DNA of 64,000 nt, taken from contig NC_059429.1 in assembly GCF_021028975.2 (NCBI RefSeq), forward strand, positions 74,028,001 through 74,092,000, in the 5' to 3' direction. The first letter of the stretch is position 1, and the number at the start of each line of letters is the position of its first letter. The notes beneath the pieces were generated by a model. The model searched no databases. It saw only the letters and a list, made by a program, of their open reading frames with translations, and had not been told where the DNA came from. Source of the stretch: Sphaerodactylus townsendi (taxonomy: Eukaryota). Position numbers and translations under genes: made by a program. This document shows, in pieces, positions 1-11,195 of this stretch.

Positions 1-470
1 GATAATGCATAATTTGCAAAATGTAGGTGAAACAAGTACACATCTAATTCTCAACATAGCCAAATATGTGGATGCTTAAACTCAGAAACCGGAGCCATGG
101 TCAGACCAGACAGATCATTCCACAAGCCTGAGAAAAGTCCCAGGTTTGCAGAAAAATCTGAAATTTTGTAAAACAATACATTGGACACCACCACCCCACA
201 TCACCTACAGCTTTAAAAAATGCAACACCTACAGTTTTAAGAAATGAATACCCTCTGGCTGCTGCTAGACAACCACAATAGTACCATAATAGTATTGCTG
301 GTGTTCAAGCCTTAATTTTTGTCAGTAAGGAGAGAGATGGGGTTAGTTGAGGTGTGTGAATGTGGATATGTTGAACAAAAAAAGCAGAATGAAGCCAAAA
401 AGGCAACACCCCCCACCCCCAAATGCTGATTTTCACACACACCCGATTTTCAGGTCCATTTATGCTAGGG

Positions 471-802
471 CAGTGATGGCGAACCTTTTAGAGACCGAGT
501 GCCGGGGTGGAGCAAGGGGAAACTGCGTCTGGGGCACGCGTGTGCCCTGTGCCCCTGCCACACTCCGTCCGCCCCCTCCCTGACCTGGAATACCCCTGGA
601 ACCGCCTGAAATACCCCCGCCGTGCCTCCAGAACGCTCTCACCACGCCCCTGCAGGGGCGCGTGCCCAGTGCGTTGCATACCCCTCATCCCCTTGGTGCT
701 ATGCCACTGCTGAGTGCCCAAACTGGGACAATGGCGCATGTGCCCACAAACAGGGCTCTGAGTGCCACCTCTGGCACACGTGCCATAGGTTCGCCATCAC
801 TG
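471..802. mobile_element. Non-autonomous hAT (Charlie-like) MITE
   Basis: TIRs CAGTGATGGCGAACCT / AGGTTCGCCATCACTG; perfect 8-bp TSD TGCTAGGG at 463-470 and 803-810. Confidence 0.9.
503..709. mobile_element. hAT-type MITE nested inside the 471-802 MITE
   Basis: Flanked by CCGAGTGC (495-502) and CTGAGTGC (710-717); ends GCTATGCCACTG; internal CCACGCCCC..CAGGGGCG..GCCCAGTGCGT shared with the free element at 61048-61185. Confidence 0.75.
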
Positions 803-810
803 TGCTAGGG

Positions 811-1462
811 GAAAAATGGAGTCCTATGGGTTCCAGTGTTATGAACTCCCAAATGCAAACCCATAGAATAGGATCCCCTACCCATTCTTCACCAAACTCA
901 AGGGTTTGTATAAGGAGATTCATTAGCAGCTATGTTGCAAATTTGATGTCTCGATTGTAAAAAACAGTGTCCCAGACTGCCACAAAGACCCCCCATTGAC
1001 ACAACATTGAGCTATGTCTAAACTGAGAATCAGAGATAAATTCTTCTAAGCATAAGGAGACTGTTAGGAAATTCTTGCGGGGCTCTGTTGCATGCGGGTT
1101 GAAATAGAGGCACCAAATCTGCAATTTAGCTGCTGGTCATTCTCCTTCCAAGAACCCTCAAGTTTGGTGAAGAGTGGGTCAGGGGGTCCAGTTTTATGGA
1201 GGCCCATTTTTCTCCACTGGAAATAACAAGCGGATGCCACCACTTTGGGGCCCATGAAATTGGACCTAAGGAGAGCAACCTGAAGCTAAGCTGCAGATTT
1301 GGTGGCTATACCTTAAAAACCACCACTGCCACCCTAAGAGCCCCACAAAGATTTCCCTTGGGTTTAACAACCATATCTGTATGTGGATTTGAATTTTATT
1401 GGACTTTTTTTAAAAAAATTCAGGTTTAGTAAAACCAAATTTAAAAAATGGGGCACACCCTA
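811..1462. repeat. Dispersed repeat, probably an old DNA transposon remnant
   Basis: Shares TGGGTCAGGGGGTCCA.TTTTATGGA...CCATTTTTCTCCA.TG with ~6620-6700; ends GGGCACACCCTA. Confidence 0.45.
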
Positions 1463-1734
1463 GTGTACATATCATAAGCCAGACAGTGCTAATAGAGATT
1501 GATAATCTTAATACTGAGTTAAATGTTCGAATAATATTTATGTATGCAGTAACACCTCGTTCACATTGTCATCATACAGAATAAAAATATTAGAGCAAGA
1601 TTCGAGCCCATTAACACTTTAAATACTTCAACAAGATTTCCAAGGTATAAGCTTTTGAGAGTCAATAAGAGTGATAATAGTCATGGATAAAATTAGCCAT
1701 ATAAAATCTACAGCATGCAATTTAAATAACTATA

Positions 1735-2298
1735 AACTGCCACGGTGGTTAAGAAGGCCCAGCAAAGACTGTACTATCTGAGACTTTTAAGGAAACAACA
1801 ACTGAATGGAAAACTCCTGGTGTCCTTTTACCGCTGTGCTATAGAGAGTGTCTTAACCTACTGCATCTGTGTATGGTTCTTCAGTTGCACAGTGGCAGAT
1901 AGGAAGGCGCTCAAAAGGGTGATCACTACTGCACAGAGGATTATCGGCTGCCCTCTCCCCTCCTTGGAAGAACTCTATAATTCCCGAAGCCTAAAGAAAG
2001 CCCAAAATATTCTGAGAGACCCGTCTCATCCAGCACACTCTCTTTTTGAACTGTTACCATCCAGCAGACGATACAGGTCTATCAAAACTAGGACAAAGAG
2101 GCTTAGAGACAGCTTCTACTCTAGAGCTGTGGCTATGCTAAACTCCGCGGCTTCGTGTTGATGTATTTGGGGCTGTGTAGGGATGGGTGGAGGAAGGGGA
2201 AAGTGAGGATGGGGTATGAGTCTGAAATTGTGTGCATCAAGGAAAGCTGCTGTAAATTTCGTTGTGCGTGCACAATGACAATAAATGCTTATGCTTAT
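1735..2298 (+). mobile_element. 5'-truncated Rex1/Babar-type LINE (ORF2 C-terminus, 3' UTR and tail)
   Basis: ORF 1745-2161 VKKAQQRLYYLRLLRK...FYRCAIESVLTYCICVW...DPSHPAHSLFELLPSSRRYRSIKTRTKRLRDSFY is the typical Rex1 post-RT domain; 3' end GACAATAAATGCTTATGCTTAT. Confidence 0.9.
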
Positions 2299-4751
2299 TG
2301 ATTTGGATCCACGCTTACATGAATGGAAGGAACTTGCACAAGTGGAACTTCTATTTTTATAGCTGTCCTCTGCACACCCCAAAATTCTAATGTTGGAGAA
2401 TCCTCAAAAACATTTAGGGGTGGAGAGGAATTGGGTGAAATCACTTCTCTTTGTTGTTTTGTGTTGGAAGGAATGGACTGTGCAATGTCATTTAACGCTA
2501 ACAAAGATTTTGAAGCTACGGGGTGGGCAGTAGAGAGTTAGTATAGGGATAGATATGATGCTCCCTGACCTTTCCTTTGTCCACTCGTACTGCTGTCCCT
2601 TTGTTACCCACAACACTACTCTCATGGGTTCCTTACTCCTTACACTCTTCTCTCTCTCCCCCCCCCCCCCACTTTCTCCACCATAAGGGCTGGACACGTG
2701 TTCTACAATCTCTCTCCCTCCTTGCTTAGATAGATAGCTAGAAACTTTTACTCTGCCTTTCTCATGCAGTATAGAGTTTTCTTACAATAATGAACTCTTC
2801 TCTAAGAAACAAGCCTAAGTGTGAAAGCACAGTAAGCCTTGTGCTCAGCTTGCATAAGAACAAAAGAAGGTCATTTCACTGGACTCTTCAGTCTTGCCAC
2901 AGCCTGTTATGCTGTGTTGCATTTTGTTTCTGAAAGTCCCTTACCCTCCACAGAGGGGTTTCAGGGTGAGCTATGGAAAGGCAAAGGCAATTCAGATCTG
3001 CTTGGGTGAACTCCTTTCATCTGGATACAACCCAATATTTTCATTGTTGTTATCAAGTGTCAGTCTCAAATTTGAATCAGAATTCGATCACTTCTGGATT
3101 CAAATCTAACTTTCCTCAGATTCAAATCAGTTTCTGAAAGCTCAAATGCTTCCATTCAGAGCTTTCTTTGTATCTCCACGTGTTTCAGAAAACTGAAGAT
3201 ATGCCTGTACTGAAACAATTTTGTCTTACATGTTTATGTCTTATTTACATGCTACAGCAGAGGAATCTGAAGTATGCAAGAAGATTTTAGAGCTGGATGT
3301 GTCTACAATACATAGGAACTGTAATTACCTTACAAATTATTAGAGAGAGAGTAAAGAGTTGATGAAACAATATTTTAAACCTTTGACTTAAATATATTTC
3401 TCATTCTAACAGAGAAAATGTTTCATGAGACACACACACACACACCCAGTTTTCTTTGTAATCAGAAAAAAAATGGTGGTGGGGAAACATGATGGAGGGG
3501 AGACATATACAATAACTGGGTTACTTTTTTTACAGTTTTTCTTGGGTTTTCTCATTTTCTTTGTTTGTTGCTTTCCTTTGAACTCCTTTCAGGCCACATT
3601 TTATTTTGAACACCTTTGAGTTTGAAAAAACTATGAATATCAATAAGAATCACTAAATCTGTGTATCTGTCCCATAAACAGGAGAGTTCAGAGTTGTTTC
3701 ACTTGGACACAGATGTTTAGAAGTAACTTTTTTCAGAGTGACTACAGTTTAGGCTAAATTAAATTTCTGGGAGAGCTATTGATCTTGTGTATTTTTTATC
3801 AGATCCTTCAAGCAGCATATGAAGGAGCAATGCTGACAGAAGCATGGGAATCCATCAGGGAATTAACAACCTGTGGTCTATAGGAGCTTTTGTCCTTGGC
3901 GGAGCATTTTCAGCAGAGGAGAAGGTGTAAAATAAATCAATTTTCCTCAAATACTTGTGATTGAAAGTGTTATTAGCCATAACAAACATTAGCACTGACA
4001 GGGGAGCAGCTGTAGCAGCCTTTTGGAGGAAAGAGGTGAAACATGAGTCTCATTCATTTGATTTACAGAATATTTATGAAATGTTACTTGTGAGCCTTGT
4101 AGCTGATATTTGCGTTTTGGGAGAAGTGATTTTTCATAGGAGACATTTATGTTAAATTTATAGCTCCATAAAGTGCTCCTATGTCCTCAACACTGATCTA
4201 GTTAAAAGAACTTTACCACCTGAAACAATCTCAGATTTGATTCTAAATTAACTTATCTGTATCTATACATGAGCAGGTGATGGACATAAACCCCCCTTTT
4301 CTACAAAGAGAACCTCTTACTGCTAAAAAAAATAATTTTCAGGTTCCTGATTGGACTATTTGAGACACAAAAGCAGTTACATGGGAGAAGGGTACATGAC
4401 CACATAATGTTCCTACCTGAAAAAACAGTGAAATCTTTGCGTTAACAGAATGTACTTCTGTTAGGGCATCTGTACTTTTCTGCCTCTTCCAAACCTACAG
4501 CCCATAAATATCCCACACATATCTGTTCTGCAGGACAAAAGACCCCCCAAACAGGATGAAGGGTGCAGCAGGAACAGAGATGTAACATTTCTGTAAATTT
4601 TGTAGCCACAGGAAAACTTTCTTCTCTTTTTGGGGTGGTGGTGGTAGAAAAATGGAATCCGTGGAAAATTGGAATATAGGCAATATTCATGACCTATCAA
4701 ACCTACACCATTTTTACAGTACAAACAACGTAAAATGTATAATTTGTAACT

Positions 4752-4955
4752 GACTTGGATAGTCTAAGCTAGCCTGATTTATCAGATCTCAGAAGTTAAA
4801 CAGGGTTGGCCCTGGTGACAGTTTGGATGGGCGACCACCAAGGATTTAACAGGGTCACAACACAGAGGCAGGCAATGGCAAACCACTTCCCAATGTGTCT
4901 TGCCTTAAAAACCTTATAGGGTTTCCATAAGCCAGTTATGATTTAACAGCACACA
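4752..4955 (+). mobile_element. 5S rRNA-derived SINE with RTE/BovB-like tail (5S-Sauria-like)
   Basis: GCCTGATTTATCAGATCTCAGAAGTTAAACAGGGTTGGCCCTGG...TTGGATGGGCGACC resembles the 5S internal promoter region; followed by GAGGCAGGCAATGGCAAACCAC...TCTTGCCTT. Confidence 0.8.
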
Positions 4956-7900
4956 CTCTCTCTTAGCATGGAAAATTTCAGTATTTGACATGCCTAATGG
5001 AATTTAAAAGTTAGAAATGCCTTAGTTTTGTACAAGCAAAATTGCAAATATACCCAATACTTGAGAAAAAACTGCAAATTGATGTGCCCTATGCTATTGG
5101 AGCATTAATTTTTGCTTTCTGGTTAGAGAGAGCTAAGATCTCAATGAAACTTTCAGCTTTCCGCAGAGGCTTTGGTGCAGTATCTGCCTCACCTCTTACT
5201 GAGCTTTTCCTCCCTCCCTACAAGGAAGGGCCACAAGCTATTTTCTGTTCTGTCTGTGGGTGAAATGTGTCACAGTAGTTCAAGGGACTGATGAAAAAGT
5301 CAACCATGTAAGGTCAAAAGGACAGCAGAAGTCATGCAACTGTTGAGAGGCAGTGAATGCCCTGCATGTTCTGTTCCCCTCATGAACATTTCATATGCCT
5401 CTAGATGCAGAAATGTTGCATATCTATAGCATGCCCACTTTATCTTTAAAAGATCTTCACTCATTCCAGAAGAGAAAATATTTCATTTTTTTCCCAGTAC
5501 TGCCTTGGGGAAAACAGGGAAAAACATTTTTTCTAGGTTTTTCCCCCTGGGCCTTTACACATCAACTCCCTTCATTCCAGGCCCATGGTACCTTTCATTC
5601 ACATCACTTTTTTCTTCTGTGTAGTAGGTAGAAGTTATTGAAGGATGAGTGCTGGTTTGCAGCCTGCATAGCTAATTTCTGAATGGCAATGAGTTAACAG
5701 CCCAAGGAAAAAAAGATGTACCTGATTCAGATTTAGTGCGACACATGGAAATCTGCCTTCTGCCTATGACTTTATTTTACCAAGATAACCCAAATGCTTA
5801 GGAAGCATGGGGAAATATAGGAAACGCACTGACAAAATACAGATCTGCCCCAGAAATAAGAAGTATGCATTTTCCAGACTGAGTTGGTATAAGAGGTCTG
5901 AAAAAAGTTGCCAATTTAAGACTGACACACACACTTTTTAGGGCACAGATTCTATGCCTGTAATCTATATATCTAATTCCCAAGTGTACCCCCTATCTGC
6001 AGATACCTAAATCTACAGATAGGAGGTACATTGAAACCTAGCAGTTTTCCTGTAGATTTGGGAAACCCCCATGTCTGCAGAAAAATCCAATTTTTTTAAA
6101 AAAGGGGTTTAAATCCCCCCAAAACTAAAGTGTTACTGCACATGCACAGTTAGCATGTCCAGCTTTTGTGGCAAGCTTTGTGTCCCTGCCTCTTGTCAGT
6201 GTATAATCATTATACAGCAAAATGTTATGTATCAATATGGCAGGGATTGTTTCCAAAGTAAGTTTATTTAAAATATTTTTATGCCACCTTTCTACCCAGT
6301 CATGATTCACAAGGCAACAAACATAAAAACTGGAGGTATGCACAAATGCTTTTTCCTGTATTCTTTTGGATTAAAATTTAATAGACCTGACAATTTTCTG
6401 AAAATCCATTAAAAGCTGGATCTCCATACTAATATGGGTTTGTTTGTTTTTTGCTTTATTCAAATATTCAAAAATATTTGGGTTTATTAAACCCTATGAG
6501 AAATCAGCCCCCCAAGCCCTGCAAAAATGTGCTCTTTGGTTGGCTCCATTACACCATATATGGAAGTCTAGGGGGGCACATTTGCAGCGTTGCTTCTGGT
6601 TACTCTCTTTACAAAAACCTCCAAAATTGGTAAAGATTGGGTCAGGGGGTCCAATTTTATGGATCTCCATTTTTCTCCATTGAAAATAATGGAGAATGGA
6701 TGAGGCACCCTCCTTAGAGGTCCACCAAACTGGACCCGCACTTGCTAAAGTGCAAATTTGGATTCATTTTCCCCCAGCTCTGTTGATATGGTGCCCTTTA
6801 TTTTTTGGCAGAAAAAAGCCAAAGTGCTTTTTTAAAATATAAAAATATAAAATAAAATTAAAAATATACAAACAATACTAGAAGGAGGCCCAAAAGCTGT
6901 CACTATGGGGTATTTCGGATGAAACAAAAATGTCTTTGCTTGCTGGTGAAAGATACCAATAGGTAGGTGGCCTCAGGAAAAGAAATCTGAGTGAGAACAG
7001 AAGTTCCAATCACCTTGTTCTAGAGGTCCCGGGGCTGGATTCAGGCGAGCTACAGACTGACCACTGATACAGGGAAGGGTTGGAAGATACTGGAGAAGGC
7101 AGTTTAGGCCCAGGTAGGACAGCTTCAGATGATGTCAACAGATGACGCCAGCCACCACAAGATTGTGAAGGGCCAAGGCTGGCAAAACAAGTGCCTGATA
7201 GGGCCACAGCAGTTGGCAGAGAACAGGACAGAGCTGGTGACCCTTGGCAGCATCATGGTGGCCAGGAGAAAGGTGAGAGACCCAGTGACGGTTGGAGGCT
7301 AAGTTGAGCCAGAGCATGCTGGGCTGGAGAGGCCCTGGAGATATGCAAGAAGCACTTTGGCAAGGATGGAAGGGCTGGCAGTCCGGGAAGTGAAAAGTGG
7401 GTGCTTCCCCAACCTTTGTATTCTGTTGGGGAGAAACAGACTGGACCTGGACCAGAATGGGGAGAAGTGAAAGAAAGCTATAAAAGGGATGATCCAAGTG
7501 GGCTAGGGAGTATAAACAGGCTGTGCTCTGACTGGAAGGCGAGAGAGAGGAAGACTTAGACTTAAAGGCAGTCCAGAGGGCAGATGAAGAGCAGGGTGAC
7601 TTAATTCCCCACTCCTTTCCCCTATTTTGTGGCCCCAGGGAGTCAGTTATTCAGGTGAGATCCCACTATAAGCCCACTATACTGTGAAGAACCCTGAGGT
7701 AAACCTTCCCTGCATAATGGGCCTTAGATTCCTTATGTACACAGTCACATATATTATTTTGCCACAGAGGGTTTTGCTGACTAAGATTTCTAAAATACAA
7801 AGATTATGCAAACCTTACAGGGAACAGTTTTAAAATGATTCCAATTAAAAATGAATAAAGCACTACAGTAGTCTGTTGTTGCTGCTTAAAACAATTCAAA

Positions 7901-8291
7901 ATGTTCTGCTTAATTGGTTTCATGCATTGGTCTGTTAACCATCAAATGATTCTTCTACCTACTTTTCTGATTCTTCTACCTACTTTAAGTTTAAAAAATC
8001 TACCAGTGGGCCAGGCTCAATTTGTGCAAAGCCTTATAAAACATGAGCAGAAGGCACAGCACCTGCTATATGAATTGTAGAATGCAAGTAAAATATACAT
8101 TTTTAAGCCAGTTCCTTCACATATTCTCAACCATATGTCCTGTCACATGAAGAAAACCATGTAACCCCTTTATTACATTTTCATGAGAAAGTTTGATTTA
8201 CGGTAATCTGTGCATCTGCTATGCCATTACAATGACCCTTAATAACGAATTCTCACTCACTGAAGGAATTATTATTTTGCACCACTCCTTT

Positions 8292-8601
8292 GGAGCAGCA
8301 GTGGCGCAGGAGGTTAAGAGCTCGTGTACCTAATCTGGAGGAACCGGGTTTGATTCCCAGCTCTGCCGCCTGAGCTGTGGAGGCTTATCTGGGGAATTCA
8401 GATTAGCCTGTACACTCCCACACACGCCAGCTGGGTGACCTTGGGCTAGTCACAGCTCTACGGAGCTCTCTCAGCCCCACCTACCTCACAGGGTGTTTGT
8501 TGTGAGGGGGGAAGTGCAAGGAGATTGTCAGCCCCTTTGAGTCTCCTGCAGGAGAGAAAGGGGGGATATAAATCCAAACTCTTCTTCTTCTTCTTCTTCT
8601 T
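8292..8601 (+). mobile_element. Full-length tRNA-derived SINE (Squam3/MIR-related) with (CTT)n tail
   Basis: A box GTGGCGCAGGAGG, B box GGGTTTGATTCCC, CORE-like GGGTGACCTTGGGCTAGTCAC, CTT tail; near-identical inverted copy at 32262-32517. Confidence 0.85.
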
Positions 8602-8990
8602 TGATAAAGGAGCTTTTTTGACCAATGTCAGAGAAGCAGATGGAAACACATCTAACAAAAACAGATTGACCTTGTGGTCCCTTTTTTAGCTTGATGTTCT
8701 CTTTGGCGAAGGACCTGGCCAAAACAATAGCCATTCTACAGACTTAGATTAACAAAGATAATCAGGCAGGCACCTCTCTCCGAGAACTGATCCCGTTCCC
8801 CCATTTTTCAGTGACTTATAAAGAAAGAAAAAAGGGGGTGGGGGTGGGGACTATAAGTCAGCGGCAGCCCCACTGATCTCAATGGCATTTCCTTGTGTCC
8901 AACCAACGCAAGCTATATTTAGTTGGGATTCAGCCATGCTCAATGAAGAGAATCTACCTCCCGCATAAGACTTAAGGGAGGGAAGACAGA

Positions 8991-9177
8991 GTGGTGTAGT
9001 AGTCTGATCTGGCCAGATCTCGGAAGCTGAGCAGGGTCAGAACTTGGAAGGGAAATCGCCAATGAAGGCTCTGCAGAGGAAGGCCATGGCGAATCACTGC
9101 TGCTGCTCACTTGCTTTGAAAGCCCCTCGCTGAGGTCGCTAGAAGTTGGCTGCGTCTTGACTCGACTTGAAACACAT
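8991..9177 (+). mobile_element. 5S rRNA-derived SINE adjoining the promoter CpG island
   Basis: CTGATCTGGCCAGATCTCGGAAGCTGAGCAGGGTC matches 5S rRNA; BovB-like tail GAGGAAGGCCATGGCGAATCAC. Confidence 0.7.
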
Positions 9178-9179
9178 CC

Positions 9180-10135
9180 AGACCGACCGGGTGGGGCCGA
9201 CCCAGGTTCAACCAGGTTTACTCTCCGGTAAGCATGACCGGCTCGTCCTAAACTTCCGGTAGAAGCCGCACCAAGTTCAATAACCCCCCCCCCCGCCCCC
9301 GCCCCCGCCCCCGCCATTCCCAAGTAACCGGAGCGCAGGATTCAGAAAGTTTGCTGAGAATTCCGTTCCACTCCGCTCCCCTCCCCAGGATGTTGGCAAC
9401 CGCAGTTTCACCCCGGGGAAAAGTGCCTCGATCACCTGGTAGGCAGGAGCCGGATGGGATCTCGCTGCACCTGCCCGGGGTGTCGCAGGTGCAGCAGTCG
9501 GGCACGTGGCGCGGGGACTGGAAACCACTGACTGGCTCAGCTGTTTTAATCTCTGTTCCACGCTGAGCGATCCGGAAACTTCTTTTCCGGTTTGTTACAC
9601 GACTCCGAACCGGCCTCCCCTTCGTTCGGTTCGTTTTTGAAAGAAGGGAGATGCCAAAAGTCGCTGCGTTGCTAAGCAACATTCCGGTTACTAAGGAAGT
9701 GAGGTCACCGAACTGCCCGTCGGGCACTTGGCCGTCCCTGCAGGTTTCTTGGACGACTTACGGAAAGGGGCGGGAGTTTCTGGGAGCTCTGACCGGAAGC
9801 GGCGGCGGCGGAAATTCCGACTGGAGCGGCTAGTTGTTGAGAGCCGGCGCAGGGATGGGGGCGAGGGGCGAAGAGCTGGGATGTGCCGTGGAGATGCCTT
9901 CTGACCCGTCCGAGGGAAGTGTGGGTAAGTGGCCCATCTCCCGGATACGGAACGCCGGGTGAGGCCGCCGCCGCCGCCGGCTGAATGAATGAACGAACCC
10001 TGGAGGGAGTGAAGTGCTCCCCACCTTTTGGTTCTTAGGGGTGATGCGAGGCTGAGTTCCCGCGTGTATTTCTGATGGTGGGTGGGGTGCGAAGTAGAGC
10101 GCACGTCAACGGGAGGTGTTCTGGGCAGCCGTGCA
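9180..10135. promoter_or_regulatory. CpG-island promoter of TMEM53, probably bidirectional
   Basis: CpG-dense stretch in CpG-poor background; GC-box array 9284-9313, ETS sites ACTTCCGGT (9252-9260) and ACCGGAAG (9792-9799), E-box CACGTG 9503-9508, RFX X-box GTTGCTAAGCAAC 9668-9680. Confidence 0.85.
9855..9924 (+). CDS. TMEM53: TMEM53 coding exon 1 (MGARGEELGCAVEMPSDPSEGSV, phase 1)
   Basis: Kozak GGGATGG; EELGCAVEMPSDP resembles human AELDYTIEIPDQP; donor G|GTAAGT at 9925; frame joins exon 2. Confidence 0.85.
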
Positions 10136-10195
10136 GTGGCTTGATAAAATGCCCCGAGCAGCAGTGCTTGCAATGCTAACGTGGAGGGCAGCGAG

Positions 10196-10315
10196 TGGGC
10201 TGTGGCTCACTGCTCCAGCACCTGCTTTTCACGCAGAAGGTCCTAAAGCCAATCCCTGGTATATCTAGTCAACAGAAGTGATGTGAAAGGCCTGATACCC
10301 TGGAGAGATGCTCTC
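10196..10315 (+). mobile_element. Degenerate tRNA-derived SINE (Squam2-like) in TMEM53 intron 1
   Basis: GGGCTGTGGCTCA...GCAGAAGGTCC...AATCCCTGG...GTGATGTGAAAGGCC...ACCCTGGAGAG; same family as 20248-20449. Confidence 0.6.
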
Positions 10316-10376
10316 ATATTTGTGGCCCCTCTTTTTTGTGATGAGAAATGCAGACTTCACTCTTCTTCCTTTTCAG

Positions 10377-10489
10377 AAGCTAGTGCTGAGGAGGCAAACA
10401 GACATATCCTGCCTGTGGTGATACTGCTTGGATGGGCTGGCTGCAAAGATCAATATCTCAAGAAGTACAGCACTATCTACCTTAAGAAA
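10377..10489 (+). CDS. TMEM53: TMEM53 coding exon 2 (...LPVVILLGWAGCKDQYLKKYSTIYLKK)
   Basis: Acceptor TTCTTCCTTTTCAG, donor AAA|GTAAGT; PVVILLGWxGCKD is the TMEM53/DUF829 motif; 70+113 nt = 61 codons. Confidence 0.95.
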
Positions 10490-10784
10490 GTAAGTAGTTC
10501 CCTCTTGTTGACTGTGTTACAGGGCAGGTTCTCCACTGTTTTTGTTTTCAGAACTAGAAACACTGTGGTGGTTGATCATTTTCAGGACTGGTATACAGTA
10601 TATCTGACTCTTGTGTTCTATTCCCTACCCATTTGTTTGTAATCTAGAAATAAGAATTCCAAAACCCTCTATTAGATCTAATTGTTCCCTGAAGGCTAGC
10701 TAACCTTTTCTTATATATTTCATTTAGAGCTATATGGTTGACCTCTGGTATAGTGAAAGTGAGTTGCCTATTTTCTTCACTTCT

Positions 10785-11195
10785 ACCCTACTTTTCTCTT
10801 CAACAGAGACTCAAAATGTCTTATGTAATTCTCTTTTTTTCCATTTAATCATCTCAACAATGCTTTCAAGTTGGTTAGGTTGAGAGCACGTGACTGGTTC
10901 AAAATCACCCAGTGAGCATCCATGACATAATGAGAATTTGAACCTAGGTCTCCCAAATTCTGCCCAGACCTGGATAGCCCAAGCTAGGCTGATCAGCCCT
11001 GGTTAGTATTTGGGTGGGAAACCACAAGGGAATACAAGCGTTGTGATTCAGAGTCATGCAACGGTACATCACCTCTGAATGCCTCCTGCCTGGAAAAATC
11101 TGAGGTTGCTATAAGTTGGCTCCAACTAGATAGCATTTTCCACCACCACCACTTGCAGATTCTGTGTTGACACCACTACATCACATTAGCTGCCT
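10785..11195 (-). mobile_element. Old MIR/Squam3-like SINE interrupted by a 5S-SINE
   Basis: GGTTAGGTTGAGAGCACGTGACTGGTTCAAAATCACCCAGTGAGC...TTTGAACCTAGGTCTCCC, resuming after 11152 with ACCACTACATCACA. Confidence 0.55.
10963..11152 (+). mobile_element. 5S-derived SINE with (CAC)n tail
   Basis: CCTGGATAGCCCAAGCTAGG...CCCTGGTTAGTATTTGGGTGGGAAACC matches 5S and copy 4752; tail CACCACCACCAC. Confidence 0.65.

Noticed and set aside
2945-3204. Exon-like - strand segment (CAG acceptor, GG|GTAAGG donor)
   Set aside because: Its ATG-initiated frames close within the segment and it has no ARMH1 similarity; at most a UTR exon, unsupported
4770-4840. 5S rRNA gene
   Set aside because: Diverged, lacks the 5S ends and is fused to a LINE-like tail, so it is a SINE
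7016-7690. Purine-rich segment starting TGTT with TATAAAA, possible solo LTR
   Set aside because: No clear 3' CA end or TSD could be defined
8940-10173. Several 100-160 aa ORFs over the CpG island
   Set aside because: GC-rich sequence is depleted of stop codons; no recognisable protein
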